From positions 23,965 through 87,964 of the forward strand of contig JAJDAQ010000061.1 of NCBI GenBank assembly GCA_029261815.1: a DNA stretch of 64,000 bases. The letters are read 5' to 3'. The DNA comes from Deltaproteobacteria bacterium (GTDB lineage: Bacteria > Myxococcota_A > UBA9160 > UBA6930). Below, piece after piece: positions 40,303 to 50,980 of the stretch. The position numbers and the translations under genes were made by a program. How positions within the stretch are numbered: the first letter of the stretch is position 1; every line of letters starts with the position of its first letter. The notes below the pieces were generated by a model. It was not told the origin of the DNA. It saw only the letters and a list, made by a program, of their open reading frames with translations, and made no database searches.

Positions 40303-40856
40303 TCCGCCTCGACCTCTTCGAGTTCAGCCCAGACTTCCCGGTCGATCGCGCGAAAGCGTTCGATCGCCGCTTCGAAGCGCTCGGGCGTACCTTCATCGAT
40401 TGCCAACTGGCGACCCTTGTCGCGGACCCAATCGATGTGCCAGCCCTCATCCTTGCTCACCGCGCGCAGCACCTCGAGGGTTCGCTCCGGGGTGTCGGGA
40501 CGCTTGAGGTGTTCGACGTAGCGCTTCAGTGCGCGCTGCTCGACGACGACGGTGAGCGCCAGGAGGTCAACGGGATGCCGCGGCAGACCCGCTCGCTTGC
40601 CAATCCGCACCTGGTAGCCGTCGGTGATCGGCACAGGCGACGCGCCGAGCTCCTTGATGCGTTCCGTCCAGAGCCACGCATGGCGCGTCTCGTCTGCCAG
40701 ATGCTCAGAGAGGAGTATCTGTGACTCGGGATCGGTCAGGATCCGGAGCAGGCGATAGATGAGATTCGAACCGCGAAGTTCAGCATCTCGGTAGTACGAG
40801 TACGAAAGCACTTCGTATTCGAAACTCTTCGGACGTTCGGGAGCAACTGCCGCCAT
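40284..40856 (-). CDS. Ferritin-like di-iron protein
   Basis: AELRG, DETRH, EQRA, DEGWH. Confidence 0.8.
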   Translation of the reverse strand: MAAVAPERPKSFEYEVLSYSYYRDAELRGSNLIYRLLRILTDPESQILLSEHLADETRHAWLWTERIKELGASPVPITDGYQVRIGKRAGLPRHPVDLLALTVVVEQRALKRYVEHLKRPDTPERTLEVLRAVSKDEGWHIDWVRDKGRQLAIDEGTPERFEAAIERFRAIDREVWAELEEVEAEWAAAI

Positions 40857-40984
40857 GTCTTCCTGCACCATTGGGGGGTGGGGTTCAGCGGGGGTAGAGA
40901 GCGCCACTTGGCGTGGGCGACGATCATAGCCGCGGGTTTCAATGCGGTCGAAGGCGGACGAACTCGAACTGATGGTAAAACCCA

Positions 40985-41434
40985 TCACTTCTGAGAAATT
41001 TCGTGGGCCATCACCCGGTGCGGACCGAGTTCGTCGAGATCGAACCGCTCCCCGTAGCCGTCGAAACCGAGCCTCTGGTAGAAGCCCTCGGCCGATGCGC
41101 GCGCATTGCACCAGACCCACTCGGCTCCTCTCGCGCGGGCGTGGTCCAGGCAGGCTGCCACGAGCGCCGCACCGAACCCGGCCCCTCGAACTTCGGCGTG
41201 CGTGGCCATTCCACGGATCCGCTGGGCCGGCCGCAGCCCCCTCAGCGCGAAGGGCTCGCTGTAGAGCGACGCGATCCCCACGATTTCGCCGTTTCGCATC
41301 GCACCGAAATGCCGCGATTCGGGCGCTTCGTCGCCCGGGTAGTCCAGGCGTTCGGGCGGGGCGGCTGGCCGCAACACCGCGGCGCGAAGCGGCCGTGTCT
41401 CGGCCGCCGTGATCGGACGGACGTCGACCGCCAT
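40985..41434 (-). CDS. GNAT acetyltransferase
   Basis: RGMAT..RGAGFG, WCNAR, FYQRLGF. Confidence 0.9.
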   Translation of the reverse strand: MAVDVRPITAAETRPLRAAVLRPAAPPERLDYPGDEAPESRHFGAMRNGEIVGIASLYSEPFALRGLRPAQRIRGMATHAEVRGAGFGAALVAACLDHARARGAEWVWCNARASAEGFYQRLGFDGYGERFDLDELGPHRVMAHEISQK

Positions 41435-41439
41435 GTCGG

Positions 41440-41805
41440 CTACGAGCTGCCTCGCTCCCGGCGGATGCTGACCCCGGCGAACTGGAGGACGCCGGCCATC
41501 GGGCTCGGCTTTCGCACCGTGATGCGGACGGCGTCGACCTCGAACTGCGCGAGCACCGCATCCGCGATGCGTTGGCCGAGCGCCTCGACAAGCTTGTGGG
41601 GCTGGTTCCCGGCGACCTCCTCGACCACTTCGAAGACGCGCTTGTAGTGGACGGTGTCCTGGATGCGGTCACTGCGCCCAGCGTCGCGCAGGTCGCGCTC
41701 GAGGACGATGTCGAGCGTCACGGGGCGACGCATCTTGCGCTCGGCCGCGGTCACACCGAGTGCGGCCGGAATCTGGATGCCTTCGATCAGGATCTCGTCG
41801 GGCAC
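41440..41805 (-). CDS. folB: Dihydroneopterin aldolase
   Basis: GV..AER, SDRIQDTVHY, LVEAL, VRKP. Confidence 0.88.
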   Translation of the reverse strand: MPDEILIEGIQIPAALGVTAAERKMRRPVTLDIVLERDLRDAGRSDRIQDTVHYKRVFEVVEEVAGNQPHKLVEALGQRIADAVLAQFEVDAVRITVRKPSPMAGVLQFAGVSIRRERGSS

Positions 41806-41947
41806 GGGAAGCCCTCCTCCACGGGGAGGGCGGAGCCTAGCCCGCGGCACGTGGCGCGGCGATGCACCCAATGGTTGACGCCGCCGCAACATCGGCGGAA
41901 CCTCCATCGTTCGCGCTGCCAACCGTCCGGCGCAGCAGGAGCCCAAG

Positions 41948-43132
41948 ATGACCCTGACCGAGATCCAGCAGCGGGAGGCGCGGACGTTCCTCCCGGTCGT
42001 CAACCGCATGCCGGTCGCGTTGGTCCGAGGAGAGGGATCGCGGGTCTGGGACATCGACGGCCGCGAGCTGGTCGATCTGACAGCCGGTTGGGGCGTGACC
42101 GCGATCGGCCATTGCCATCCCACCCTGGTGGAGGCGATTTCACACCAGGCGGGTCAGCTCATGCAGACCACGAACCTCTTCTACACTCTCCCTCAGCTCG
42201 ACCTGAGCGACGCACTCAACGCATCGACGCCGCCCGAGATCACGCGCTCGTTCTATGTCAGCTCTGGCGCAGAGGCCGTCGAAGGCGCGCTGAAGATGGC
42301 CCACCGCGCGACCGAAAGGCGCAAGTTCATCTCGACCGGCGGCTCCTTCCATGGGCGAACGCTGGGTGCACTGCAGGTCATCGGTCAGGCCAAACATCGC
42401 GACGCCTATCGCGACCTGATGCCGGAGCAGGTGGTCGTGCCCTTCAACGACATTGATGCGGCGCGTGCCGCGATCGACACCGACACGGCCGCCATCATTG
42501 TCGAGCCGATTCAGGGGGAGGGCGGCGTCAATGTCGCGAACCCCGGATACCTCCCGCAGCTGAAGGAACTCGCCCACGCAGCCGGTGCGTTGCTGATCCT
42601 GGACGAGATCCAGACGGGCGTCGGACGGACCGGGCGCATGATGGCGCTTGAACACGACCCGGTCGTGCCCGACATCCTCACGCTGGGCAAGGGACTCGGT
42701 GGAGGTTTTCCGATCGCCGCATTCCTCTGCACGGAAGAGGTCTCGAAGACGGTGTCGCCCGGCGATCACGGCGGAACCTATGCCGGAAACCCGCTCGCCT
42801 GCGCCGCGGCCCTCGCGACGCTCGACGTGATCCGCGAAGAGAAGCTCTGCGAGCGCGTCGCCGATGTCGGGGAGCGGCTTCTGGCGCACCTCGATGGCTT
42901 CGCGACCGAGCACCCGTCGTTGGCATCCAACGCGCGCGGGCGCGGCCTGTTGCTCGGCATGGAGATCAACGACCCTGAACGCGCTGCCGCCCTGCCCGGT
43001 CGCTGCCTCGAAGCCGGCATCCTGATGAATGTGACGGCCGGAAACGTCCTACGGCTGTTCCCGCCGCTGAACATCCCCGAGGACCTGTTGTTCGAAACCG
43101 TCGACCGTATTCTGGCGATCGTACGTGACTAA
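41948..43132 (+). CDS. argD: Acetylornithine aminotransferase (class III)
   Basis: SGAEA, FHGRT, EPIQGEGG, DEIQTG, GKGLGGG, HGGTYAGNP. Confidence 0.88.
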   Translation: MTLTEIQQREARTFLPVVNRMPVALVRGEGSRVWDIDGRELVDLTAGWGVTAIGHCHPTLVEAISHQAGQLMQTTNLFYTLPQLDLSDALNASTPPEITRSFYVSSGAEAVEGALKMAHRATERRKFISTGGSFHGRTLGALQVIGQAKHRDAYRDLMPEQVVVPFNDIDAARAAIDTDTAAIIVEPIQGEGGVNVANPGYLPQLKELAHAAGALLILDEIQTGVGRTGRMMALEHDPVVPDILTLGKGLGGGFPIAAFLCTEEVSKTVSPGDHGGTYAGNPLACAAALATLDVIREEKLCERVADVGERLLAHLDGFATEHPSLASNARGRGLLLGMEINDPERAAALPGRCLEAGILMNVTAGNVLRLFPPLNIPEDLLFETVDRILAIVRD

Positions 43133-43134
43133 CG

Positions 43135-43977
43135 TCAGGCAGGCGGGACTTCGTCCTTGCCGAGGGTGAGGACCTCGACGCCATCGTCGGTGACCAGGAG
43201 CGAGTGCTCCCATTGCGCCGAGAGTGATCCATCGGCGGTGACGGCCGTCCAACCATCGTCGAGGATCTCGGTCCGCCAGTGGCCGAGGTTGATCATCGGC
43301 TCGATCGTGAACGTCATGCCGGGCAGAATGCGGTCGCCGCTATTCGGCTTGCCGTAGTGGAAGATCGTGGGGGCCGTATGGAATTCCCGGCCGACGCCAT
43401 GACCCGTGAACTCGCGAACGACGCCATAGCCCTCGCCTTCGGCGAACTGTTGGATGGCGTGGCCGATGTCGCCCGTGGTCCCACCCGGCTTCACCGCGCG
43501 GATGCCGAGCCACAGGGCATAGCGCGTGTCAGCCACCAACCGCTTGACCTTGGGCGTGGCGGAGTCGCCGATGATGAAGGTGCGCGACGAGTCTCCGTGG
43601 AAGCCGTCGAGGATCGGCGTCACATCAACGTTCACGATGTCGCCGTCCTGCAGAATGCGATCCGTGTCAGGGATCCCGTGGCAGACGACATCGTTCACCG
43701 AGGTGCAGCAGTGGCCCGGGAACGGCGGAGAACCGTGGCCCTTGTAGCCATAGGGAGCCGATATCGCGCCGCCCGCCTGGGTCACTTCGTCCACGAGGCG
43801 ATCGACATCGGCTGTGCTCATACCGGTTTGGATCTGCTCTGCGACCTGATCCAGGATTTCACCCGCGAGCTTGCCGGCTGCGCGCATCGTGTCGGCCTCG
43901 CCAGGCGACAACACAGGCGGTCCGCCGCGGCGCGAACTGCGGCCGGGGACCTTTCGCTTCTTGATGCGCTTGACCAT
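43135..43977 (-). CDS. map: Methionine aminopeptidase type I
   Basis: CHGIP, NVDVT, HGDSSRT, GHGVG, FTIEPM, QWEH. Confidence 0.96.
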   Translation of the reverse strand: MVKRIKKRKVPGRSSRRGGPPVLSPGEADTMRAAGKLAGEILDQVAEQIQTGMSTADVDRLVDEVTQAGGAISAPYGYKGHGSPPFPGHCCTSVNDVVCHGIPDTDRILQDGDIVNVDVTPILDGFHGDSSRTFIIGDSATPKVKRLVADTRYALWLGIRAVKPGGTTGDIGHAIQQFAEGEGYGVVREFTGHGVGREFHTAPTIFHYGKPNSGDRILPGMTFTIEPMINLGHWRTEILDDGWTAVTADGSLSAQWEHSLLVTDDGVEVLTLGKDEVPPA

Positions 43978-44050
43978 GGGGCCTCCTGAAGGGAACGGAG
44001 GATAGGCGAGAAATTCGGCGCGTCCCATCCATGCCCGGCTGCAGAGCCGA

Positions 44051-47000
44051 TCAGCCGGCTTCGTCGTCCAATAGGCCAATGAGATAGGCCCGCATGTCGG
44101 CCGGCGCGACGATCTCCTCGAGAGAGCCGACCTCCCGGGCCCGTTCGACCGAGTGGATCCGATCGAACTCTTCGGCCATCTCCTGCTGCTTCTCAAGCAG
44201 GACATCGGCATATCCGCGCTCGTACGCCAGGCGCGCGGCATCACTCTGGTCACGTTCCCGGGCGAGCTCAACCACCCGTGGATCCGCCACCGCTCGCGCG
44301 CGGACTTCCCTTCCGAAGACGACCTTGGCAGCCGGCCCGCCGCCGATCACCGACGCATAGGATCCTTCCAGCGCGGAGGCGCGCAGCCGCGGGTTCAGCG
44401 CGCGGGAGAAGACGACGTAGGCGCCGCCGTGATAGCGCGAGACCACCAGGAACAGGATCGGTCCATCGAAGTTCACCACGGCGCGCGCTATCTCGGCGCC
44501 GTACTCGAGCTGGAGCTTACGCATCGACTCGGGCGATCCGTCGAAGCCCGAGAGGTTCGCCAGGATCACGACCGGCCGGTTGCCGCTCGCGGCATTCAGC
44601 GCGCGCGCCACCTTCTTGGATGACTGCGGGAACAACGTCCCGCCATTCCAGGCATCGGGGCCATCGTGGGGACGGAAGCCGTCGCGGCTCACGTTCTGAC
44701 TCTCGATCCCGACCAAACAGACGGGATCACCTCCGAGGTGCGCGTCCCACACGATCGCGGTTTCTGCGCCGACCCAGCTCCGCCAGCGTTCGAGGTGACC
44801 GCCGTCTTGATCGATCACCGCGTGCATCACAGCGCGCATCGAGAAGGGTCGCTTTCGGCCCGGATTCGATTCGCCCGAGAAGATCTCGCCCACCGAAGAG
44901 AACTCGCTCGTGGTCTCGATCGTGTGCTCGCCAACGCTGCGGGTGGCGGGGTCGCCGCTCTCGGTGCCGCGGGGCCCGGCTTCGCCCGGAACCACGTAGG
45001 TGTAGCGGTAGTGCTCGTAGAGGATGCGGAATGCTTCGGCGAGGTCGCCGGCGAAGTATTGCGCCTGGCCATTCGGCCCCATGATGCGCTCGAAGCCGCC
45101 GATCGCGGCCTCGTCTTCCGCGGATACGGAACCGGATGCCTCGAGCGCCGCTCGCCCGGTCAACACCATCGAGGCGTTCTGCGTCATGATCAGGACGCCG
45201 CGGGTGTGCATCAGCATTGTGGACAGCGCGTCCCAATAGCTCTGCGCGCCGACGTTCACACCCGCAATGATGAGATGGATCGTTCCGCCAGTCTGGGTGA
45301 ACTCGATGATTCGCCGCACGACGCGGGCCGTGGCATCAAGGTTCTCGGTCCCACTATCCATCGCGATACGGGCGCCGGACGAAACCGGGATCCACTCAAG
45401 CGGTACACCGCGCTTTTCGGCGAGGTCGATCGCGGCCACGATGCGATCGCACTCGGCACCCGCGAGCGAACCCATTCCGCGCGTCGGATCGGAAAGCACG
45501 ATCACGCGCTCCATTCCCTCCGGGACCTTCTCCGTCGGTGTCGTGATCCGCCCGATGACCACGCCGCAAGTGTTCTCGCCATAGGCGCGGCCGGAAACGC
45601 TGACCGCTGTCGGAGTGGGCGCGGCCGGGTCGAGGTCGTACTCCTCGAAGTCGCCGGCAGGCAGATCGAGGTCCGGATCGACGCCAGAGGCTGCGCGCCC
45701 CGAACCCGTCAACATGCGCACGATCTCGTATGGGTAGACCAGCCGACGTCGGCGCGCGTCGACGACCTTTCGCTCGTAGTCGCTATGCGGCAGCAGAACG
45801 CTCCGCCTCGGTTCGCGCATGAGGATGGTCATGCTCATCCCCGTCACGTTCGAAATCACGACCTCGAGTTCGCGACTCGGACGTTCAGGCGCGTCGCGGT
45901 CGAGCGTGCGGAGCCGGGCGACGACCTTCTCCAAACCCAGGTTTCGTGTGGCCGGCGCCAGCTTTCGCGACAGTCGCTCGGACACTTCAGGGCCGAGGAA
46001 GACCTCGGCACCGAGATAGATCGCGATGCGGTTCCACTGGAGCCGACGCTTGGGGTCGCGCTCGCGAAGGATGCTGCGCAACAGTCGCGTCGCTTCGTGG
46101 AACGCGTGCTCGAACGCGGGTAGGTGGAGATCCGCCTCGTGGCCGTCTTCTGGTGAGCGCGTTCGCAGGTCGGCGAGAACGAAGATTCGCTCGTCCCCGG
46201 GTTCGTCCTTTGCCCGGCCGTGAAAAGCGTAGATCCCCTCGCTGGTCGCCACCGCCTCGAGGTCGAAGCCCGAGAGCCGCTCCAAGTCGACACGGTCTGC
46301 GGCTTCCGGGTGCAGGCCGTGCAGGCGAGCGTCTTCGCGATACCCCGTCGGCGTCGGCAGGAATGTCCGATGGCGGTCCGGCGCGTGGTCACGAACCTCG
46401 GTCACGGTCAGCCGACCGGCCGGGAGCCCATCGCCGAGAAGCGGCGCGAGCGCCGCCTCGACGTCGAGTGCGTCGTCCTCGGATTCGGTGCGCGTGAAGA
46501 GTTCGAGCGCGTGCACCGAGGGCCACTCGTGGGACTCACGGCCGCGGCGCGCCTCGTCCATCAGATGCGCCGCCGTACTGGCGAGTGTCTCGGGTGCGCA
46601 TGCGCCACCGATGACGACGCGGCCGCCCGGAAGTTCCATCCGCTCGAGCCAGTGTTCGCCCTCGCGAATCGTGGCTTGCTCGACGGGGATCTCCGGCGAG
46701 AACGCGCGACGGAGATGCGCCGCGAGTGCGATCGCGCGCCGTCGCGGATCCGGATCCGAAACCCAGCCCCCGACACGGTCGAACACCGCGCGCCTAGCGT
46801 CTGCCAGATCTCGCAGGACCCGCTCGGGCGGTGCTGTGGGCTGACTCGCAGCAGTGTCGAGCCATCCCTGAACGCCCTTGGTCGTTCTCTCGGCCTGCGT
46901 CTCGACCTCGGGCCGCTCGAAGATTTCGTAGTGAGCCTCGATCGCAGCATCCGCCACGAGGTGGGAAACCAAGCCACGCATTCCGGACACCGCATCGAGT

Positions 47001-49624
47001 GCGCGCGCCAGGACTGCATCCCCGCTCATATGGACGCCGCGGCGCGCCAGCGCGACCAGCCGACGGAGCATCGCCAGGCCCAGCCGGTCGCGGAGTTCGG
47101 GTTGGCGCTGGGTCGCCAACAAGCGAAGCACGGCGCGTTCGACCGCGTCGTTGGGGGTCAGACTCCCGATGCCATAGTGCCCAAGCGCCGCGCGCACCAG
47201 GTCGAGGTACGCCTCATCGAGCCCGGCGCCACCGGCGCGAACGCGGCGAGCGTACATTCGCAACCGCGCCTCGTTCGACGGGCCGTGGTCCCCGGCGATC
47301 GACGCACCGGGCGCGCGAATGAACAAGCGCGCCACGTCAGCAAGGGCCACCAACTCGGAGCGGATCTCGGCGAGCTCCCAACAAAAGGCATCTGAGACGT
47401 CGTCGGGAACTTCAGCTTCGAGGAAGCGTCCGAGCGCATCGGCCCGTCCCGGATTTGCGTCATAGCCGAGCAACACCCGGCGGGTCTCTTCCCGAACGCC
47501 CGCGATGGCGGAACGGCGCTGCGCGAGTGGAGCGCGATCCGCGGCCGAAAGGTCCGGGACTCCCAAAGGTTCACCCTGCATCGGCGCGAAGAGAGGCTCG
47601 AGCGGATCGTCCAGCTCGGCCAATGCGATGCGCGCGGCGCCCGCCTCTTCGTCGCCATCGGCCTGCGGGTCGATGACCAGGATCACGTCGCCAGCAGCAA
47701 CCTGCTCGCCCTTTCGGACGCGGACTTCGGTCACCACGCCGGCCACGGGCGCATCGAATCCGACTTCCATCTTCATCGCTTCCAGGACGCCGAGCGCCTG
47801 ACCACCCTTGACCACGTCACCGGGCTGCACATGGATCGTAACGACCATCGCGGGCGCACCGGCACGAACCTGGCCCGCCGTCTGCGACGAGAATGCGTAG
47901 GCGCGGCCCTCGACTTCGACACGCATGCCGACGTCGCCGACGTCGTAGAGGATACGAAGTGTCTCGTCGCCGATCTCGAGACGCGCAGTGTGCGCACCCT
48001 CCTCGCGAAGCGTTGCGCCAACAACCCGACTGTCGAGATGCACGCGGTAGCGCCAGGCTCCGAGTGCGAACACCTGGAGCCGGTACTGCTCGCCCTCATA
48101 GGAGAGATCGATCTCTTGACCCTGACTCGCCCCGACACGGGAAAGGTTCGATGCGTCTGCGAAGAAATTCAGTCGTTCGTTCGCGCGGTTCCGTTGATAG
48201 GTGAGGATCGCCGCGGTCACCAACGCGGATGCGTCATGGCCTGCATCGTGCGATCGCGCGTCGCCGAACCGATCGAGCCAGGTCGTATCTACGGCGCCAC
48301 GGCGATAGTCCGGGTGTTCCAGGATCTCGGCGATGTATCCCTTGTTCGTTGCGCCACCCTCAATGACGAGGTCGAAGTCCGCAAGCGCCGCGACCAGACG
48401 GGCGCGTGCCTCTTCCCGCGTGGACCCGGTCGCAATGACCTTGGCGATCAGCGAGTCGAACGCCGCAGGGACCACGCTACCGCTCGCAACCCCGGTATCT
48501 ACGCGAATGCGTGGCCCGAGCGCAGGCTCGAAGCGCGCGATGCGGCCGGGTGCCGGCAGGAAACCCTTGTCTGGATCTTCGGCGCATACACGCGCCTCGA
48601 TTGCGTGGCCCTGCTCGACGATCACGAGGTCAGCCAGAGACTCGCCGCGGGCAATGCGGATCTGGGTCTGTACGAGATCGATGCCCGTGATCTCCTCCGT
48701 GATGCCGTGCTCGACCTGGAGTCGCGGATTCATTTCGAGAAAGCTGTATTCATCGCCGGAAACCAGGAACTCGACGGTGCCGACGCCGGCATAACCGACT
48801 TCGCGCGCGATCTTGGTCGCGGAGTCCTGGATCCCCTGCAGCACGGCCGGAGCAAGACCCGGCGGCGGTGCTTCTTCCAGGACTTTCTGGTGGCGACGCT
48901 GCACCGAACAGTCGCGGGTGCCGACGGCATGCACGTTGCCATACAGGTCTGCAGCGATCTGCACTTCGATGTGGCGCCCACCCACGACCTTCTTCTCGAC
49001 GAAGAGGCGGCCGTCTCCGAACGCGGCCTGGGCTTCCGACGCCGCCGAGGCGAACGCGGTCTCGAGGTCTGCCGGGTCATCGACGACCCGAATGCCACGG
49101 CCCCCGCCTCCGGCCGACGCCTTGACCACGACCGGGAAGCCAATGGCTTCTGAGTGACGCCGGGCATCTTCGGCTGTCTCGAGAACACCACGGCTCCACG
49201 CAGTGACGGGAACAGCCACCGACTCCGCCAGGTGCTTCGATCCGATCTTGTCCCCGAGAGCGCGCATGGCATCTGCCTGGGGGCCGAGGAATCGGATTCC
49301 CTCTTCGGCGAGGCGATCGACGAATGCGGGGTCTTCGGCGACGAAACCCCAGCCCGGCCAGACCGCATCCGCGTCCACGGAGCGGATGGCGTCGATCAAT
49401 GCGCCGTGGTCCAGGTACGCAGCGACGCCGACGCCGGCGAGTCGAACCGCGAGATCTGCATGTCGCACGAACGGTGCGTCGCGCTCGACCTCGGTATACA
49501 ACGCGACCGCCTGGAGATCCGAACCCTCCTGGGCGCGTAGTGCCTTCACGGCGCGAATGCACCGCATCGCGGACTCGCCGCGGTTGGCAATGGCGAGCCG
49601 CCGGATCGGTTGGAAGCCGCTCAA
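44051..49624 (-). CDS. Single-chain multidomain acyl-CoA carboxylase (BC-BCCP-central-CT)
   Basis: ANRGE, GGGGRG, RDCSVQRRHQK, EMNPRLQVEH, EAMKME, SSGARI, ANLSGFDGS, GGAYVV; TTG start overlaps upstream TGA. Confidence 0.93.
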   Translation of the reverse strand: MSGFQPIRRLAIANRGESAMRCIRAVKALRAQEGSDLQAVALYTEVERDAPFVRHADLAVRLAGVGVAAYLDHGALIDAIRSVDADAVWPGWGFVAEDPAFVDRLAEEGIRFLGPQADAMRALGDKIGSKHLAESVAVPVTAWSRGVLETAEDARRHSEAIGFPVVVKASAGGGGRGIRVVDDPADLETAFASAASEAQAAFGDGRLFVEKKVVGGRHIEVQIAADLYGNVHAVGTRDCSVQRRHQKVLEEAPPPGLAPAVLQGIQDSATKIAREVGYAGVGTVEFLVSGDEYSFLEMNPRLQVEHGITEEITGIDLVQTQIRIARGESLADLVIVEQGHAIEARVCAEDPDKGFLPAPGRIARFEPALGPRIRVDTGVASGSVVPAAFDSLIAKVIATGSTREEARARLVAALADFDLVIEGGATNKGYIAEILEHPDYRRGAVDTTWLDRFGDARSHDAGHDASALVTAAILTYQRNRANERLNFFADASNLSRVGASQGQEIDLSYEGEQYRLQVFALGAWRYRVHLDSRVVGATLREEGAHTARLEIGDETLRILYDVGDVGMRVEVEGRAYAFSSQTAGQVRAGAPAMVVTIHVQPGDVVKGGQALGVLEAMKMEVGFDAPVAGVVTEVRVRKGEQVAAGDVILVIDPQADGDEEAGAARIALAELDDPLEPLFAPMQGEPLGVPDLSAADRAPLAQRRSAIAGVREETRRVLLGYDANPGRADALGRFLEAEVPDDVSDAFCWELAEIRSELVALADVARLFIRAPGASIAGDHGPSNEARLRMYARRVRAGGAGLDEAYLDLVRAALGHYGIGSLTPNDAVERAVLRLLATQRQPELRDRLGLAMLRRLVALARRGVHMSGDAVLARALDAVSGMRGLVSHLVADAAIEAHYEIFERPEVETQAERTTKGVQGWLDTAASQPTAPPERVLRDLADARRAVFDRVGGWVSDPDPRRRAIALAAHLRRAFSPEIPVEQATIREGEHWLERMELPGGRVVIGGACAPETLASTAAHLMDEARRGRESHEWPSVHALELFTRTESEDDALDVEAALAPLLGDGLPAGRLTVTEVRDHAPDRHRTFLPTPTGYREDARLHGLHPEAADRVDLERLSGFDLEAVATSEGIYAFHGRAKDEPGDERIFVLADLRTRSPEDGHEADLHLPAFEHAFHEATRLLRSILRERDPKRRLQWNRIAIYLGAEVFLGPEVSERLSRKLAPATRNLGLEKVVARLRTLDRDAPERPSRELEVVISNVTGMSMTILMREPRRSVLLPHSDYERKVVDARRRRLVYPYEIVRMLTGSGRAASGVDPDLDLPAGDFEEYDLDPAAPTPTAVSVSGRAYGENTCGVVIGRITTPTEKVPEGMERVIVLSDPTRGMGSLAGAECDRIVAAIDLAEKRGVPLEWIPVSSGARIAMDSGTENLDATARVVRRIIEFTQTGGTIHLIIAGVNVGAQSYWDALSTMLMHTRGVLIMTQNASMVLTGRAALEASGSVSAEDEAAIGGFERIMGPNGQAQYFAGDLAEAFRILYEHYRYTYVVPGEAGPRGTESGDPATRSVGEHTIETTSEFSSVGEIFSGESNPGRKRPFSMRAVMHAVIDQDGGHLERWRSWVGAETAIVWDAHLGGDPVCLVGIESQNVSRDGFRPHDGPDAWNGGTLFPQSSKKVARALNAASGNRPVVILANLSGFDGSPESMRKLQLEYGAEIARAVVNFDGPILFLVVSRYHGGAYVVFSRALNPRLRASALEGSYASVIGGGPAAKVVFGREVRARAVADPRVVELARERDQSDAARLAYERGYADVLLEKQQEMAEEFDRIHSVERAREVGSLEEIVAPADMRAYLIGLLDDEAG

Positions 49625-50229
49625 CCCACTGCTCCAGTCTCCAACGTACGACCCCTCAGGTCTGCGGCCCACGCGACGAATCGCCCATGGTGAGACAACG
49701 AGAGGTCTACCCCGGCGGGCGTGTCGCCGTTCATCAATACCGGTATGCGCTCTTCGCGCGCGACGGACAACCGCTCGGGCGGCTGACCAAGGTGCTGGGC
49801 CAGGCCTGCAACCGCGAGTGCGCGAGCCGCCAGTCCCTCGTCTTCGCCGACGGCGAGATGAGCGACCTGCCAACACTGCGCTTCTGCGCTTGGCGTTGCT
49901 GCGCTGACCAGCGCGTGGACATGCTCTCCGTCTTCTTCAACCCACATCGGAAACTTGTGGCCCGCGTGCTGCACGGTGCCAGAGAGGTTTGCGTCGAGCA
50001 GGACCTCGAAGCGACGCGGCGACCAGATGACGCTTGCGTCGAGTTTCTTGTGGACCTTGTACGCGGCTTCCTTCGCTGCCCAGTACATCCAGCGCAATCG
50101 GTCGGGCGCTCCGCTCGAAGCGAGGGCCTCACGCTCCGCGCGAGAGAAGACACGGGCGTCGAAGCGGACATGACGCGCTCCCGGCTGTGTGCTCGGGTGG
50201 CGCAAGTCGACGACATCATTGCCGATCAT
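49621..50229 (-). CDS. 4'-phosphopantetheinyl transferase
   Basis: IGNDVVD, WAAKEAAYK, SLSHHG. Confidence 0.9.
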   Translation of the reverse strand: MIGNDVVDLRHPSTQPGARHVRFDARVFSRAEREALASSGAPDRLRWMYWAAKEAAYKVHKKLDASVIWSPRRFEVLLDANLSGTVQHAGHKFPMWVEEDGEHVHALVSAATPSAEAQCWQVAHLAVGEDEGLAARALAVAGLAQHLGQPPERLSVAREERIPVLMNGDTPAGVDLSLSHHGRFVAWAADLRGRTLETGAVG

Positions 50230-50971
50230 CGAACCAGACCTTCTCCATTTCGACGAGCTTCGTGACGATCTGACGCGACAGGTCGAGCGAACCGCGCAAG
50301 CCACGTGCGTCCGTTTTCGGTTCGAGACATTCGAGCGAGACGCGGAAGGTTTCGCCCCGGACCGGGGACTTCGACCACGTCTCCTGCTGGTCACCTCTCA
50401 GGTAGACGCAAAGGACGCGGCACCCGGGAAGCGAAGACACGAGCCGACCGACCCCGTACGCGGCGCTGTCGACCTCCACGCGGCCCGTACGGCTGCGTCC
50501 GCCTTCTGGAAAGATCAGTGCGGTTTCGCCGCGTGCGACCAGGAATCGGATCTTCTCGAGAACCTGGGCCACCGCTTTTCGATCAGAGCCCCGCTCGACC
50601 GGAACGCACTTCAACAAGTAGGCGATCACTCGCTTCCACCAGGTGGAAGCGAAGTTCGCCTTCTCGGGCGTATTCCACGCCAAGGCCGCGAAGTCGCGCA
50701 GGTAGTAACGCGGACCCGCCAACGCCCACTCGATCGCGAACGAGTCGTACATCGTCAGGTGGTTGGCGCAGATCAGGAGAGGCGCATCCGACTCCGCCCG
50801 CAACCGGGCGAACTCCTCGCGAACGACGTCGATGTTCTCGACCCGCCAGCGCAGACCCCATCTCATCACTGCAGTGAAGATGGGAACCCACAGCGGCGAC
50901 AACAGACGGCTCACCGCATGCTGCCGAAGCAACGTGCGGCGCTCGCCATCCGCTAGCGCGCTCTCGGCCAA
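50216..50971 (-). CDS. PlsC-family lysophospholipid acyltransferase
   Basis: NHLTMYD (HX4D), FPEGGRS. Confidence 0.88.
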   Translation of the reverse strand: MAESALADGERRTLLRQHAVSRLLSPLWVPIFTAVMRWGLRWRVENIDVVREEFARLRAESDAPLLICANHLTMYDSFAIEWALAGPRYYLRDFAALAWNTPEKANFASTWWKRVIAYLLKCVPVERGSDRKAVAQVLEKIRFLVARGETALIFPEGGRSRTGRVEVDSAAYGVGRLVSSLPGCRVLCVYLRGDQQETWSKSPVRGETFRVSLECLEPKTDARGLRGSLDLSRQIVTKLVEMEKVWFDDRQ

Positions 50972-50980
50972 GGATCGCGC

